DNA of 64,000 nt, taken from positions 62,002,001 to 62,066,000 of the forward strand of contig NW_024704742.1 in assembly GCF_018977255.1 (NCBI RefSeq), given 5' to 3'. Each line of letters begins with the position of its first letter. Position 1 is the stretch's first letter. The notes beneath the pieces are model-generated. The model was not told where the DNA came from and made no database searches. It saw only the letters and a program-made list of their open reading frames with translations. Positions 13,045 through 25,229 of the stretch are shown here, piece after piece. A program made the position numbers and the translations under genes. The stretch comes from Callorhinchus milii (lineage: Eukaryota).

Positions 13045-13724
13045 TTTATGAATACTGTGTTGCATCTTAAAAACAATGCCTTCATCATAATGTTGTTAAC
13101 TACAAGGTAATTTTAATTAATATGCTTAAAATACTATGATCCTCTTCTTATAGGTGTACTATGTTTTGAAATCCAGACATCATTGATCATAGATGGGGGG
13201 CATTGATATCAGGAGCTATTCCCCTTTGCCCAGCACCATGTTCTCTGTTCTGACAGAGCACTGAGGTGAGTGGCAAGTGAAACAGAGTAACATTAAGACC
13301 CATTTTGCAGAACAGAACAGCTTGATAGGATTAATCCACTAACTAAAAATTCTTGCAAAGGCAGTAAAGTCGATGAGATTTATCCTGTTCTGTTTAGCAA
13401 ACTTTCACACTTGTGGGGGAGGGGAGAGGATAATCTGAACTATTCAAATTCCATCATAAACACTCATCCTGGCCAGGTCAAAAGGACCTATTTTATCTTT
13501 GGGTACATCACCAAATCAACAAATTGGAAGCATTAATCTGTGGCCAAATGCAGTGATACAACAAAAGCTGACGTGTTTCAATACGCACCTTGTTATCAAT
13601 AACTTGATATACGGTGCATTAGGGAATCAAGTTATTCATTGCTTTTCACATTATCATAGTAATATTTTAGCATGATTATTATTATTGTTATTATTCGTTG
13701 CTTCAAAAACAAACCATATGTGAA

Positions 13725-14082
13725 CTATAATCTCATGGTCTCTTGGTGTCTGTGGTCGAGGTTGACACTCTAGTGGAATGCTGGTGGAACGTTGCATTGT
13801 TGGAGGAGATGTTAAACCAAGGCCTGGTCAAGTGAACTTTAAGATTTTGTGGCAATACTGGAAAAGAAAAGGGAGTTTCTCCCGGTGTCCTGGCCCACCA
13901 TTCTCCAGTATATATAATCATTTGCCTCCTGGCTGTTTGTGGACATTTTTGTGCACACATTGGCTGTTGTGTCTTCTTATCCATACGTAACCACTAGACT
14001 TTACAGAAAACCGCTATGCAACACTATGCTTTGCAATGCTTCAAAATAATATCAACGCTATAACAAATGCAAAGCTATTATA
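13725..14082 (+). mobile_element. Diverged SINE family B
   Basis: GATGTTAAACCAAGG...GGAGTTTCTCCCGGTGTCCTGGCC...ATTGGCTG...GCTATAACAAATGCAAAG. Confidence 0.7.
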
Positions 14083-14639
14083 TAACCCTTAAAAACAATA
14101 CCTTCATCATAATGTTGTTAACTACAAGGTAATTTTAAAAATTGACATGCTTAAAATAATTTAAAATATGTTGTGAAACTTTTGGCAGTGTTGATAAACA
14201 GGTTCAGATAGCTGAACCGTTGTATGAAATTATAATTCAAATAAAGATGATTGATGATTTTCACCTTTAAAAAGAATTGAGTCTCTTCAGAAATAATATG
14301 GATTACATTAAATGTAAATGTAATTACATTACACTTAATGGTGCCAGGCTGATACCTACAATGTAAAGATCGCAAAATAGGACCAGAATTATTTTTATTA
14401 TGTACATCATTATATTATTGGCAATCACACCTTAAAAGTAATGCTCATGCCAAGGGATGGATAAAAGCATGCTAAACATACAAACTATTTCACAGGATTA
14501 CACGACGATTTCATAAATAATAATCATCCTTACATATGGTGTAGTACCTTTCACATCTGGAGGGCATCTCAAAGCCTTTGATGGGATATACAAACATGCA
14601 ATGTTTACAACACTCTGTTCCAAGTAAGATCACATCCCA

Positions 14640-14880
14640 GGCCTGAGTGAAGGCCTGGGAAGTTCACTGAGCAGAGGGAGCAGACAGATTGGTATGGAGT
14701 GAACAGGTTGGTAGGGAGGAGCAAGGCTATGGGGGCTATGCTTTGAAAGCAAGGACGAGGATTTTGAACTCTATCCTATAGGAGGGGATGGAGAGCCAGT
14801 GGAGTTAGCAAAGGATAAGTTCACGGAGCTTGGCGCAGGAGAGGATATGAGTTGAGGAGTTGTGCAGTTTGTGGAGGGAA
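14640..14880 (-). mobile_element. Old L2 fragment
   Basis: AGGACGAGGATTTTGAACTC and GGAGAGCCAGTGGAG are the reverse of the LHWLP...EFKIL region. Confidence 0.7.
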
Positions 14881-15734
14881 GACACCATCACAGCATTGGC
14901 CATGTTATTTGAAAAACAAGAGATTCACATTAGATTAAAATAATAATCCTTACATTTAATATAGCGATTTCATTTCAGGGAGGTTTCTCAAAGCACTTAA
15001 CAGAATATAATGTAAAGTGTATTGGCTGTGTATTTGTTAGGCAAATGTGGCAGCCAATTTGCGCAGTCTCTTCAAGGAGCAATTAGAGCCCAGCCATTCT
15101 TCCCACAGCGTTGTAGAGCAAATAATTTAAAACACTTTATCAAAATATTATTTTCCTCTGACACTTTAAAATAGATAAATAAGATTGAGTTCAGCATATA
15201 TCATCAGACAGTGGCCTCACATAAAAACAAAGGCATGTTTCACTTGAAGTGACTGTATACAGATCGTTTAGTGCAGACTGTCCAACTTTTAACAAACAAC
15301 TTAATCCATGACACGGGATTTACAAACAATACATATTCTTGGGCAAAAATATCTGTATGTATTAGTCTCATGTAAATATAAGATGCTTAGTTGGATTGGC
15401 ATTTTAATTTTACATGTTGGGGAAAAATGCGAATGTTTATGACTTGTATTATTTGCCTTAAAATAACACTTAGCTTTGTCCAGCACTGCTACTGTATTAA
15501 GACTATACAGCAATTGAAGTAACAGTGTTTTTTTGTCAATGAACCTTGGTGATATTGTCTGGATTGTTCAGATAATGCTTTATATTGGGGTTAGGTGTTT
15601 AGCCTGGCTGCAGCTGACACACAAATTTGACAATTAGGAAGCTATTTCTTGTCAAGCCTGTCACCTCTTCTACATTGTGGGGAATCAAATCTCCCTCCAA
15701 ATCACTTGTTGTTGCTCGCGGCAAGAGTTTATCT

Positions 15735-16049
15735 GGAGTCTGGTAGCTCAGTGGTTAGAGCACTCGCTTTCAAGCGAGAAACCTGGGTTCGATTCCCGGC
15801 AGGGTGAAACCTTGGGCAAGTTTCCTTACTCTACACGCCTGATAATAATCCCTCCAAAAAAAACAATAATAAATGGGTCATTTCGATCCAAGACTGTTTG
15901 TGGGACACTGCTGTGCGCAATTGGTTGCCACATTTCGCCCACAAATATACAGTCAATTCACTTTACAGTCTATTCTGTGAAGCGCTTTGAGACGTCTAGA
16001 AGATGTGAAATGTGCTATATCAAGTGCAAGGATTATTATTATTATTATT
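15735..16049 (+). mobile_element. Full-length SINE family A (short subfamily)
   Basis: Head GGAGTCTGGTAGCTCAGTGGTTAGAGC, B box GGTTCGATTCCC, same deletion junction ACACGCCT|GATAATAATCCCTCC, (ATT)n tail. Confidence 0.92.
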
Positions 16050-17185
16050 TATGAAAAACTCCAAAACTTTACAAGTTTGTCATTTCTGGCATCACACTCC
16101 AAACCTCCACACTCCACATCGATAAACAACTTTGTCTCCTTATTTTTATGACTCATTTTGTCATGAAGATATTTTCCTGGTGCGAAAAGGCATCACCATT
16201 TCAACTGGCATTCTTTTGGTGATAAACATCTCATTTGACCTATTCAGCACTGCAGAGGTATGGGAACAAATAAGGAGCCATTACCATGCCATTTAAATTG
16301 GCCCTATTAGCATCTGAACATGGGCTTTACACTTGTGGTAATAAGAAGAGGCATTTATGATATGGGGGTACAGGCACAAATTTATTCAAATCCTTTCTAT
16401 TGTCAAACCATTTAGTCCATTTCAATATAATACCTCTAATTTGAGCAATGCATCCAGTTTCCACATTTGTCTTTGCTGTCTGTGAAAGTGAATATATAAC
16501 ATAGCATACATGCCAGCTAGAGTTTAGGTTTTTGTTAGACTGTTCAATGTGATTTACGTCACTTAATCCTAAGTAAAGAAACTTCTTTTTTGGCATGATG
16601 CCAGATAGAGTCCACATGAAGTACAACTTTTCCAATACTATAAAAATCTGCGGAGTTCCCACAGCAGAAGTCCCTATTTTGAAATGATCCAATGTGGGAT
16701 TTTCAGACTCGGCTGTTTGTACACAATCAAGTAATTTCTCAAAGCTTGGTAATGGTTTAAGATGGTTTGGAGAGCTTATCAAGAATTCCTTAAATTCTTC
16801 ATTTTGACTTAAGTTTCTTTTGGAATTTTCACATGAAAGTAATAACAATTCTGTTTAATGCTGTTCCAAAGCCTATATTTCCCAGAGGTTTTCAATAGAG
16901 AGAAACCACATTGACCGAAATGAACAAAATGCAGTTGTCACAATCAATAAATTGAACGAAAGTGTGTTTTCAGACAGGCACTGATATATTTCAACAAAAA
17001 GCAATACCTCACAGCTCTTTATTTCAAACAATTGAAAAGAATACTTAACTAAATCAAAAGACTTTGGTTATGAAGTGCTGTAGAATTTCTTACATCTATA
17101 CTCACGGTATTCCAAACACTTATGTGTTGATTTCAACTTTTGATATTCAGAGTATCACTATCTTTGTGAAAAAAGTTTGGCAAAC

Positions 17186-17293
17186 CTTCCTTTCTTTCAT
17201 CCTTTCTACCTTCCTTCCTTCCTTCCTTCCTTCCTTCCTTCCTTCCTTCCTTCCTTCCTTCCTTCCTTCCTTTCTTTCTTTCTTTCTTTCTTT
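17186..17293. repeat. Compound (TTCC)n-(TTTC)n microsatellite
   Basis: Directly visible pyrimidine tetranucleotide array. Confidence 0.95.
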
Positions 17294-17639
17294 CGAAACA
17301 CTTCCATTATGCCAAATATTTATTTTCCTATAAAACTCATGTTCATCTAAGTCTTAAATATTGCTCCCATGTCTAAGGAGCCTCCTCTCCTGCACTCCTG
17401 GACAAGATACATTAAAAGACTTGACATCTGATAGGTGACTTTTTCTTTAACTTCAGCACCCATCACCCCCTCTCTGTCTCTCCTCCCCTCATCCTAATAA
17501 TTGGAGTCTTTTCTATTTTACCAATACTATTGTTATTACAGCCTTTACTTCTCTGATCTTCTCAAGCTCCTCCAATAGTTCAAATATACTGCGATACCCT
17601 CCTGCATCCTTTACTTCGTTGAAATTGAAACAATTTCCT

Positions 17640-17900
17640 TCAGATGGAATGTCAAACCAAAGTCTTACTGCTTGTTCAGGCAGATGTTAAAGATCCCATG
17701 GCATTATTTGAAAAGAGAAGGGAATTTTTCTCGGTATCCTGACCAAAAGTTCAGCAGATAAAATTGGTCATTCGTTTCATAGCTTCACTTTTTTGGGGCA
17801 ATGCTGTTTGCAAATTGGCTACTATATTCACCATGGTAAAATTCTACAAAGCATTTTAAGATGTTTCGGTTATGTGATAAGATGCAATATCAAATGCAAT
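17640..17900 (+). mobile_element. SINE family B body and tail
   Basis: TGTTCAGGCAGATGTTAAAGATCCCATGGCATTATTTGAAAAGAG...AAATTGGCT. Confidence 0.75.
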
Positions 17901-18159
17901 TTTTTACAATTAATTTTACTTCCTGCTCCAACTTATTCTTTGGCAAGGCTCCAAGGCTGTGGAACACCTTAACTGCCTCAAACTTCTCTTCCCTCCTACA
18001 ATCCTCTTGCTTTTAAATCTTGATGCCACCTAATACCTGCTTCTTATATTGTTTCTCTGATGCCGCTTTGAATCTGGGTGTTATACTGCATTGTGGACCA
18101 TATAATCTTCACCAAGGTTTTTTCAATTAAAAAACTGAAGAGTTACACTACAAAGCAAT

Positions 18160-18635
18160 TTATATTTATTTAACACCGTTCACATCGATCCCGTCTTAAA
18201 CTGCTTTATACATCTGGCTGAGCAGCCAAGCTGGTGAAGTGAGGTGGTTAGGGAGGGAAAAGATGACCAAAAGCACGGTCAAAGAGGTATGTTTTGAGAC
18301 ACGCCTTGAATGAAGGGAGAGAGGGAGCAAGTCGGAGGACTCCAGGAAGGAGTTCTAGAGGGCAGGGCAGAATGACTGAAAGTTCATTCACCAGTAGTGG
18401 GGAAGATTAGGCAGGGGACATGAAGCAGGCCAGTGTTCACTGTTCACAGGCCTGATCGGTACGATTAAAGGAAATCATTGAAGATGGGTGGGGGCGAGAC
18501 CATGGAGGGATTTTCATGTGAGAGTGAGGATCTTGAACTTGATCCGCTGGGGCACAGGGCGTCAGTAGAGCTGGACTAGGTTGGGATGATAGGCTTGAAG
18601 AAAAGGAGAGAGAAAAGGCTGCAGAGTTCTGGATA
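18160..18635 (-). mobile_element. Old L2 3' fragment
   Basis: GTGAGGATCTTGAACTTGATCCGCTGGGG (reverse of PQRIKFKIL) plus a purine-rich reverse 3' UTR. Confidence 0.75.
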
Positions 18636-18705
18636 GAAATGATGATACCTTTGCACAGAGGTTGACTAAACTCTGACAACCAATTACCAAGGATGTCCTA
18701 TCCTA

Positions 18706-20830
18706 AGAACATAAGAAATACTAGACAAAAAAAGACCAAGGTCAATCTAGTTTGCTTTCCCCCTTTCTGGTGGTCACATGCACATATGACCCAAAGGGCC
18801 CATAATGTTATTTCCAAAAAGAAAACTATCTAATCTGTGTTTGAAAGAGTCAACATTTCCTGCTTCAACCGTCTCACTAGGGAGCCTTTTGTTTATGCAC
18901 ACCAATTTCCTACAAACAGCCGTGGAGTGAGTGACCAATTTTATTTGGGGATTGTTGGCCAGGACACCAGGAGACACTCCCTTCTCTTTGGAAATAGTGT
19001 CATGGGAACTTTAATATCCACCTGAACAGGCAGACAGAACCTCAGTTTACCATCTCATCCAAGGACGGCACCTCTGACAATGCAACACCCCCGCAGCTAA
19101 TCTGTGTTTGAAAGAATCAACACTTCCTGCTTCAATGATCTCCCTAGGGAGCCTGTTCCACAGTTCACTATTCGCCCACTGAAATAGTGTTTGCGTAGAT
19201 TCATTCTGAATTTACCCCCTCTTCAATCGCAGGCCGTGTCCTCTGGTTTTATTATTCTGGACAAGTTGAAACAGCCCGTCGTGACCTATATTGTATAGCC
19301 CCTTTTAGAATCTTAAAGACAGCAATTGTGTCGCCTCTCAATCTTCTCTTTTCCAGGGTGAACATGCCCAATTTACTTAGTCGCTCCTCATAGTCCAGTC
19401 CTTCCATAACCTCGATCATTTTGGTTGCCCTCCTCTGCATCTCCTCGATTTCTCCAATATCCATTTTGTACTGCGATGACCAGAACTGTACACAGTACTC
19501 TAAGTACGGTCTCACCAATGATTTATACAGTGGCAGGATTACCCCACTATTGCGGCTTGCTATTGATCTTTTGATACATCCCAACATCTGGTTTGCTTTA
19601 CTCGCTGCCACAGAGCATTGTTGGGAGAGCTTCAATTTATTGTCAATCCGGTCCTTTTCATTTTCCATACATATTATTTTCCTTCTATTCAAATAATAGT
19701 GCCTTCCAGGATTGTTTGTCCCCAGGTGAGGTACTTTATATTTCTCCACATTGAATTTTATCTGCTACCGATCTGCCCAATTCCCAAGTATGTTCAAATC
19801 CTCCTGTAACCTATCTTGCTCAGCTTCGCAATCTACCACCTTCATTAGCTTGGTGTCATCTGCAAACCTAGCCACTGTGCTTGCGACTACTAGTTCCAAA
19901 TATTTATAAAAATATTAAACATAAGAGGTCCCAAGCAGAGCTTGTGGAACTCCACTGGTAACATTTTTCCAGTCTGATGACATACTCTGTACCACCACCC
20001 ACTGGGTTCTTCCGGTCAACCAATTTCATATCCATTGCAATATACCTCCACTGATTCCCGCTATTTTTACTTTCAGTACCAGCCTCTCAAGAGGAACTGT
20101 ATCAAAGACCTTACTGAAATCCAGATATACAACAGCCACAGCCTTATCCTTATCAAGCTCCCTTATCACATGGTCAAAGAAAACTAGTAGATTAGATTGG
20201 CAAGACCTTCCCTTCATGAACCCATATTGGCTATTATTAATGATTTTATTTCTGTCCAAGTCCTTCTGGATCACTTTTCTTAAACATAGGAGTAACATCT
20301 GCCTTTCTCCAAACCCCCGGCACCTCTCCAGTGGTTTTTGAAAGATTTGTGCCAGCATTTCTGCGACTTCCTCCTTTAGTTTCTTAAGGATCCTCGGATG
20401 CAATTTATCCAGCCCCTGAGATTTATTTATCTTAAGTTTACACAGCTGTTTGGCAACCATGCTGATAGTGATATGAATAGTGTCGCAACTTTTCTCTGCG
20501 ACATCCTTGAGTTCTCTTTCCAGATCAAATAGGTTACCCATCTCCTCCTTGGTAAAGATTGATGCAAAAAATTTATTTAGCACTATTGCAGCCTGTGCAG
20601 CATTATTTGGCATATTGTCTCCCGAACCCACCTTCAGTGGTCCTATTCCATTGCTTGCTTTTCTTCTACTCTCGATGTAACTAAAAAACTTTTGGTTAAT
20701 ATCCCTCACATCTTTCGCCATGTTCAATTCAAAGCCTTCCTTTACCATTCTGATGCCTTTTTTTTGCAGTCCTGCATGCCTTCTGTTATTGAGTCCAACT
20801 TATTTCCCTGCTATTTTCCTTCATGGCTTT
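18706..20830 (-). mobile_element. CR1 LINE, 5'-truncated ~2 kb, frameshifted RT; interrupted at 18888-19096
   Basis: Motifs QYGFMKGRSCQSNLLVFF, VVYLDFSKVFDTVP, SGVPQ, FADDTKL (~19848-19868), LYKSLVRPYLEYCVQFWS and LEKRRLRGD. Reverse 3' end TTCTTATGTTCTT at ~18706. Confidence 0.93.
18888..19096 (-). mobile_element. Internal fragment of SINE family B inside the CR1
   Basis: TTGGCCAGGACACCAGGAG...CACCTGAACAGGCAGACAG...GGACGGCACCTCTGACAATGCA; lacks both head and tail. Confidence 0.85.
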
Positions 20831-20949
20831 AAATGCTTTTTTTTCAAAGGGTAACAGAGTCATCAATTCAAGAGCAATTCAGCTTCAGGCAAATAGCATC
20901 CACTTGGATGAGATTCACAAGACACAAGAGAGGTTCAGATGAGAAAGGC

Positions 20950-21132
20950 CCTCAATCCCTCTGCCTTGCCCCCTCTCTCCGCTTTTTCAAGTCCTGCCTG
21001 AAAACTTTCTTTATCGACCGTGCTTATAGTTATTTCTCCCCCAGCTCAGAGTCAGGCTCCGCCACTGTTAAGCGCTCCTAGACACTACACAATGTGGAGG
21101 GCACTATATAAGTGCACGTTGTTGCTGTTGTA
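20950..21132 (+). mobile_element. Old L2 3' end
   Basis: CAATCCCTCTGCCTTGCC...TTCAAGTCCTGCCTGAAAACTTTCT...GGCACTATATAAGTGCACGTTGTTG. Confidence 0.7.
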
Positions 21133-21825
21133 TTAATCATAATGATAACAATTCTTACATTTGATTTAGAGCCTTTGACATTGTGACATTGTCTTAAAGC
21201 GCTTCACAGGATTTATTGTGTAGTTTTGTAGATGAATGTGGCAACCAATTTGTGCACATTTAATATCTTACATATAAACTTATTTAAAATCTTATACTCT
21301 TAGTTTGTAATCAATTCTAGCCAAAAGGTGAGGAAAACAGAACATCCTAGTTAGCAGCTTTAGTTACAAGCCAAGTATTGTTTAACTTGGGGTGTGAGGG
21401 TGGAAGAGAGAAGATACTCTGATCAACTTAGTATAGTTCTTATGATATAGATCATTTTGTCAATGCTGGGTGCATAAACTCATAGCAAGTGTAATTTTTC
21501 TGCACTTGAACCAAGATCCAAAATCCCAAATATCTTGAGTCAATATCTGCCTAAAAATTTTGATGGAAAATGAAAGTCTGTTATGGTTTGTAAAATAATT
21601 TGTATTGACAGGTATATTGTTCTAGTGAAAGTTTTTATGCCAGAAAATTAGATTGTAAGAAAGCACTGAAAATAAAACCCTCTCCGTAGTAGACATCACC
21701 CCTTCCTTTGAAAAGCTCCACAAAGATATTCCTTAAACCTCAAAAGTAACTAGGTAAACATTGCACAATATTCTTTCATCTGTGCATTTTAATCATTAAA
21801 ATCTAAAGCTCCCAAACTTCTCTTT

Positions 21826-22005
21826 TTCTCGTGGTCTTAAAATGTAATTCTCATGGTCTTAAAATGTAATTTGGGGAAATAATCTTAAATCCCTCAATAG
21901 TTATTTAGGAGTTGCCTTTTTACAGTTCTTTGGGGAAAACCTTAAGACTGAATTTAAGACAGGTTTCCAAAATTCTGCACAATCTTAGTTTTAAAACCAA
22001 TAGTC
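21826..22005. mobile_element. Palindromic MITE-like element, third (partial) copy
   Basis: TTAAGACTGAATTTAAG (reverse complement of CTTAAATTCAGTCTTAA) followed by CAAAATTCTGCACAATCTTA. Confidence 0.5.
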
Positions 22006-22424
22006 AAAGAAGTAAGGAGTCTTTTGGTCTCTGAAGCCTGTCATGGTGTTTTGCATTTAACAGGGAAAGATAGAGAGATAAATTCTATGATTGACTCCAT
22101 AACAGCATTAACATTCACTTTACACTTTCATTTCTGACCAATTTTGTGAAATGCTTCAAGATTTTAGTACATATTATTTGAAAGACTCTATATAAATGCA
22201 AATCGTTATTATTATTTATTAGTAATATTATTTCAGCAAACCCCAATCTCTTGATAAGGTTGCATTATTAGCAGAACGGTTCTAAAATCTTCTGGATCCA
22301 AATGCCATATCAACAGAGTATTTGCAAATCAAAGACTGATTAGGAAGTGTGCTGTTTAAAGGAGCACAATCCTCAAGAGAAAAACATCTTTGACAAATCC
22401 TTTCAGTTTGTTTGTTTGGGGAGC

Positions 22425-22510
22425 TGGACACAACACGTGCCATTTTCATTCATCATGACGTCACACCCGAGTGACACGGTGATGTGTTTATGTTTCGTTG
22501 TAAACAAAAA
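22425..22510. promoter_or_regulatory. Candidate enhancer module: E-box, CRE and Forkhead-type sites
   Basis: CACGTG 22434-22439, TGACGTCA 22456-22463, TGTTTAT ~22485 and GTAAACA ~22500 within 80 bp of non-repetitive DNA. Confidence 0.35.
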
Positions 22511-23699
22511 AACACTAAGTATTTGGCAGTTTTTCACAAAGATAGTGCTGGTTTAATTGAGACTGTTCTGATTCACAAGGTGCCTCACATCAAATATTTT
22601 GCAAGTGTATTTGGAAAAAGTGTCCTGGCACATTTTAGTGGTTCGATGGTGCATGACCGAAAACCCGAGGGTGAGTGGGGGAGAATGCTGTGCAGTTGTT
22701 TTACTGTAGGGAAATCTACTCATTGTAATTGTAGCTTTGTACTCCTCTTTAACCATTATCTTCAATAACCCTTTCTAATCTAATGCTTAGCATCTGCTGT
22801 ACTTTCTCTGAAGTTAGTAGCGAGGTCTGGCTCACAATACCTTAAGGCTTCATCCTAAGGCATGGGATAACTAAGAGAATGTTTTGGAGGACTTGCATGT
22901 ATTTTTCCAGCCAGCATTTTTAAGTGACAGAAGAATTGCAGCATAAATAGCACTGTTTTGGAAAACACACGGGGAGTGGGGTGGAATTCCTGTAATCATT
23001 TGCACACTGCAAAACACCTCTTGCCTTAGAATCACACCGAAAAATAAAAACCCTTCTAAAGCCAAGATGCACCCTCTATATCAGCAGGAAGCAGCCTGGG
23101 ATTCAGTATTTCACAGGCAAACAAATCTTGCTGAGAAAACTTTGAATTAAATAGCACCAGTATCAGATGCACAAAGGTCAGCTTACGTCATTGGACTGAT
23201 ACAATTATTGTAAAGTATGGAACAGATTTGCATTTGAAACGCTGCCAAGTGAAATAATTCAGTGCCAAATGGCGATTCAAAATGGTGCCTCCATCACAGC
23301 CCAGCCGTCAACGGCAGAGGAGGCTTTAACAGTCATATGTTGTGTGGAATCTTCCCAAGAAATCTTATGACAAACGGACGGTCATGTGTTTGGTTCTCTG
23401 TGTTTTTCTGTGGTTGTAGATCAGTAGCCCACAGCTGCTTACATCTGGAGACTGCTAAAGACCCTCACAGCTGTAAAATAATAAACAGCAAAGAATTAAC
23501 CCAGTCTTTTTGGACATTTACATTCCTGTTCAAATCTCAGGGTTAATTATACTCCAGTCTTGGGAATAGTTACATTTTATCAGGGTACTGTTTATGCAAC
23601 TGTAGATTGAATAGAACACACATTGAAACAAAGATAAACCTCTTTAAAATACAGTGAATTTAATGGTTATATCATGGACATCATTTTGGGGAGAATTTT

Positions 23700-24049
23700 A
23701 ATAATAATTCTTGTATTCAATATAGCATTTTATCACATCTTTGAAACATCTCAAAGCGCTTCACAGAATATCCTGTAAAGTGAATTTACTGTATATTTTG
23801 TGGGTGAAACGCAGCAGCCAATTGCGCACAGCAGTGACCCACAAACAGTCATAGATTGAAGTGACCAATTTATTATTACNTTTTTTCGAAGGAATTTTTA
23901 CCCCTGGAAAAGTGATCTGCCAACTGAGCAACAATTGGGTGTCTACCTACAGCTAGGTAAATAGAGGCGTCTGGAGTAAGGAAACTTGCCAACATTTTGC
24001 CCTGTCGGGAATCGAACCCAGGTCACTCGCTTGGGAGGCGAGTACTCTG
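23700..24049 (-). mobile_element. SINE family A (long subfamily)
   Basis: Tail, core, middle segment and reverse B box GGGAATCGAACCC; contains an N at 23880. Confidence 0.88.
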
Positions 24050-24094
24050 AATTATTCAACATTTATCATAGACCTTGCATTTCATATTACAAGA

Positions 24095-24580
24095 ATAATA
24101 ATACGTGCATTTGATACATTTCACATTGGGAGGATGTCTCAAAGACTTTATAGAATTTACTGTAAAGTGTAGTAACTGTTTTTGTAGGCGAATGCAGCCA
24201 AATTGTCCCACAAGCAGCCATGACCAACCTTTATATGGGGAATCATTGGCCAGGACACCAGGAGAAACTCCCTCTGTTTTTCAAATAATGTCATGGGTTC
24301 TTTAACTTTCAACTGAACAGGTAGATAGGACCTCAGTTTAATGTCTCATCTGAAGCACGGCACCCCCGACAATTTAGTGCTCGCCCAACAGCAACAACTA
24401 CAAAATGATATTTGTGTAGCACCTTTCACATTAGGAGGACGTCCTAAGGTACTGGACAATCAATCTTTTGACTGCTTTGGATTGTCAGCCTAGATTGTGA
24501 ATTCAATCCTGATGTGGGGCGGCTCGAACCCACAAATTTTTGACTCAGAGGCAAGAGTGATACCAACTGAGCCAGGTTGA
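24095..24580 (-). mobile_element. SINE family B, interrupted by an L2 tail fragment (~24387-24450)
   Basis: Tail to head in reverse, ending GACTCAGAGGCAAGAGTGATACCAACTGAGCCA. Confidence 0.8.
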
Positions 24581-24644
24581 TGTTGAAGAGAATGATACAA
24601 TTTTTGTCAGAGAAAAAATAAGTCATGATTGAACAACTGAGATT

Positions 24645-25045
24645 TACAACAACGACAGTAACTTGCATTTACATAGCACTCTTCACGATGCAGCGGTTTG
24701 TGGAGTGGGGGGTAAGCAGGTTGGATAGGTAGGGAGGTGTGAGGGCATGAGGGGATTTGAAAAGGATTGAGAGGATTTTGAAATTGATCTGTTCGGTAAT
24801 TGGGAGCCAGTGTAACCTGGTAAGGACTGTGTGATGGGAGTCCGGAGTTTCATGCAGGTGAGTATCCAAGCAGAGGAGTTTTCAATTCATTGTTTTTTGT
24901 GTGTGGTGGAGCTGGGGAGACCAGTGAGGAGGGCATTGGAATAGTCCAGCCGAGAAGTGACGAACACGTGGATGAGGGTTTCAGCTGCGTTGGTTGTGAG
25001 GTACAGACGGAGGCGGGCAATGTGGCAAAGGTGGAAAAAAGCGAT
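24645..25045 (-). mobile_element. Old L2 fragment
   Basis: Translations AAETLIHVFVTSRLDYSNALLTGLP and LHWLPITEQINFKIL. Confidence 0.85.
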
Positions 25046-25229
25046 CCTGGTCAGGAACAGATAGAATCTGCCGTGTAAGTTGTGCATGGGTTCAGAGAGT
25101 CTGAGGAAGAGCCTGAGAAGAGAAGAGAAGAGAAGAGAAGACGATTTATATTCACAGGAAGCTTGAATCAGTGAATACGTAAATAAATAAAATGTTGTCA
25201 GGTTAAGCAATTAAATATTATTATTAGTC

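Noticed and set aside
14306..14340. Imperfect AT-rich palindrome
   Set aside because: Low-complexity (ATGTA-type) sequence with no other support.
16327..16848. 173-aa minus-strand ORF
   Set aside because: Non-ATG start, no recognisable domain and no evident splice structure; consistent with chance.
23880..23880. Single N base
   Set aside because: Assembly ambiguity beside a T run in a SINE, not biology.
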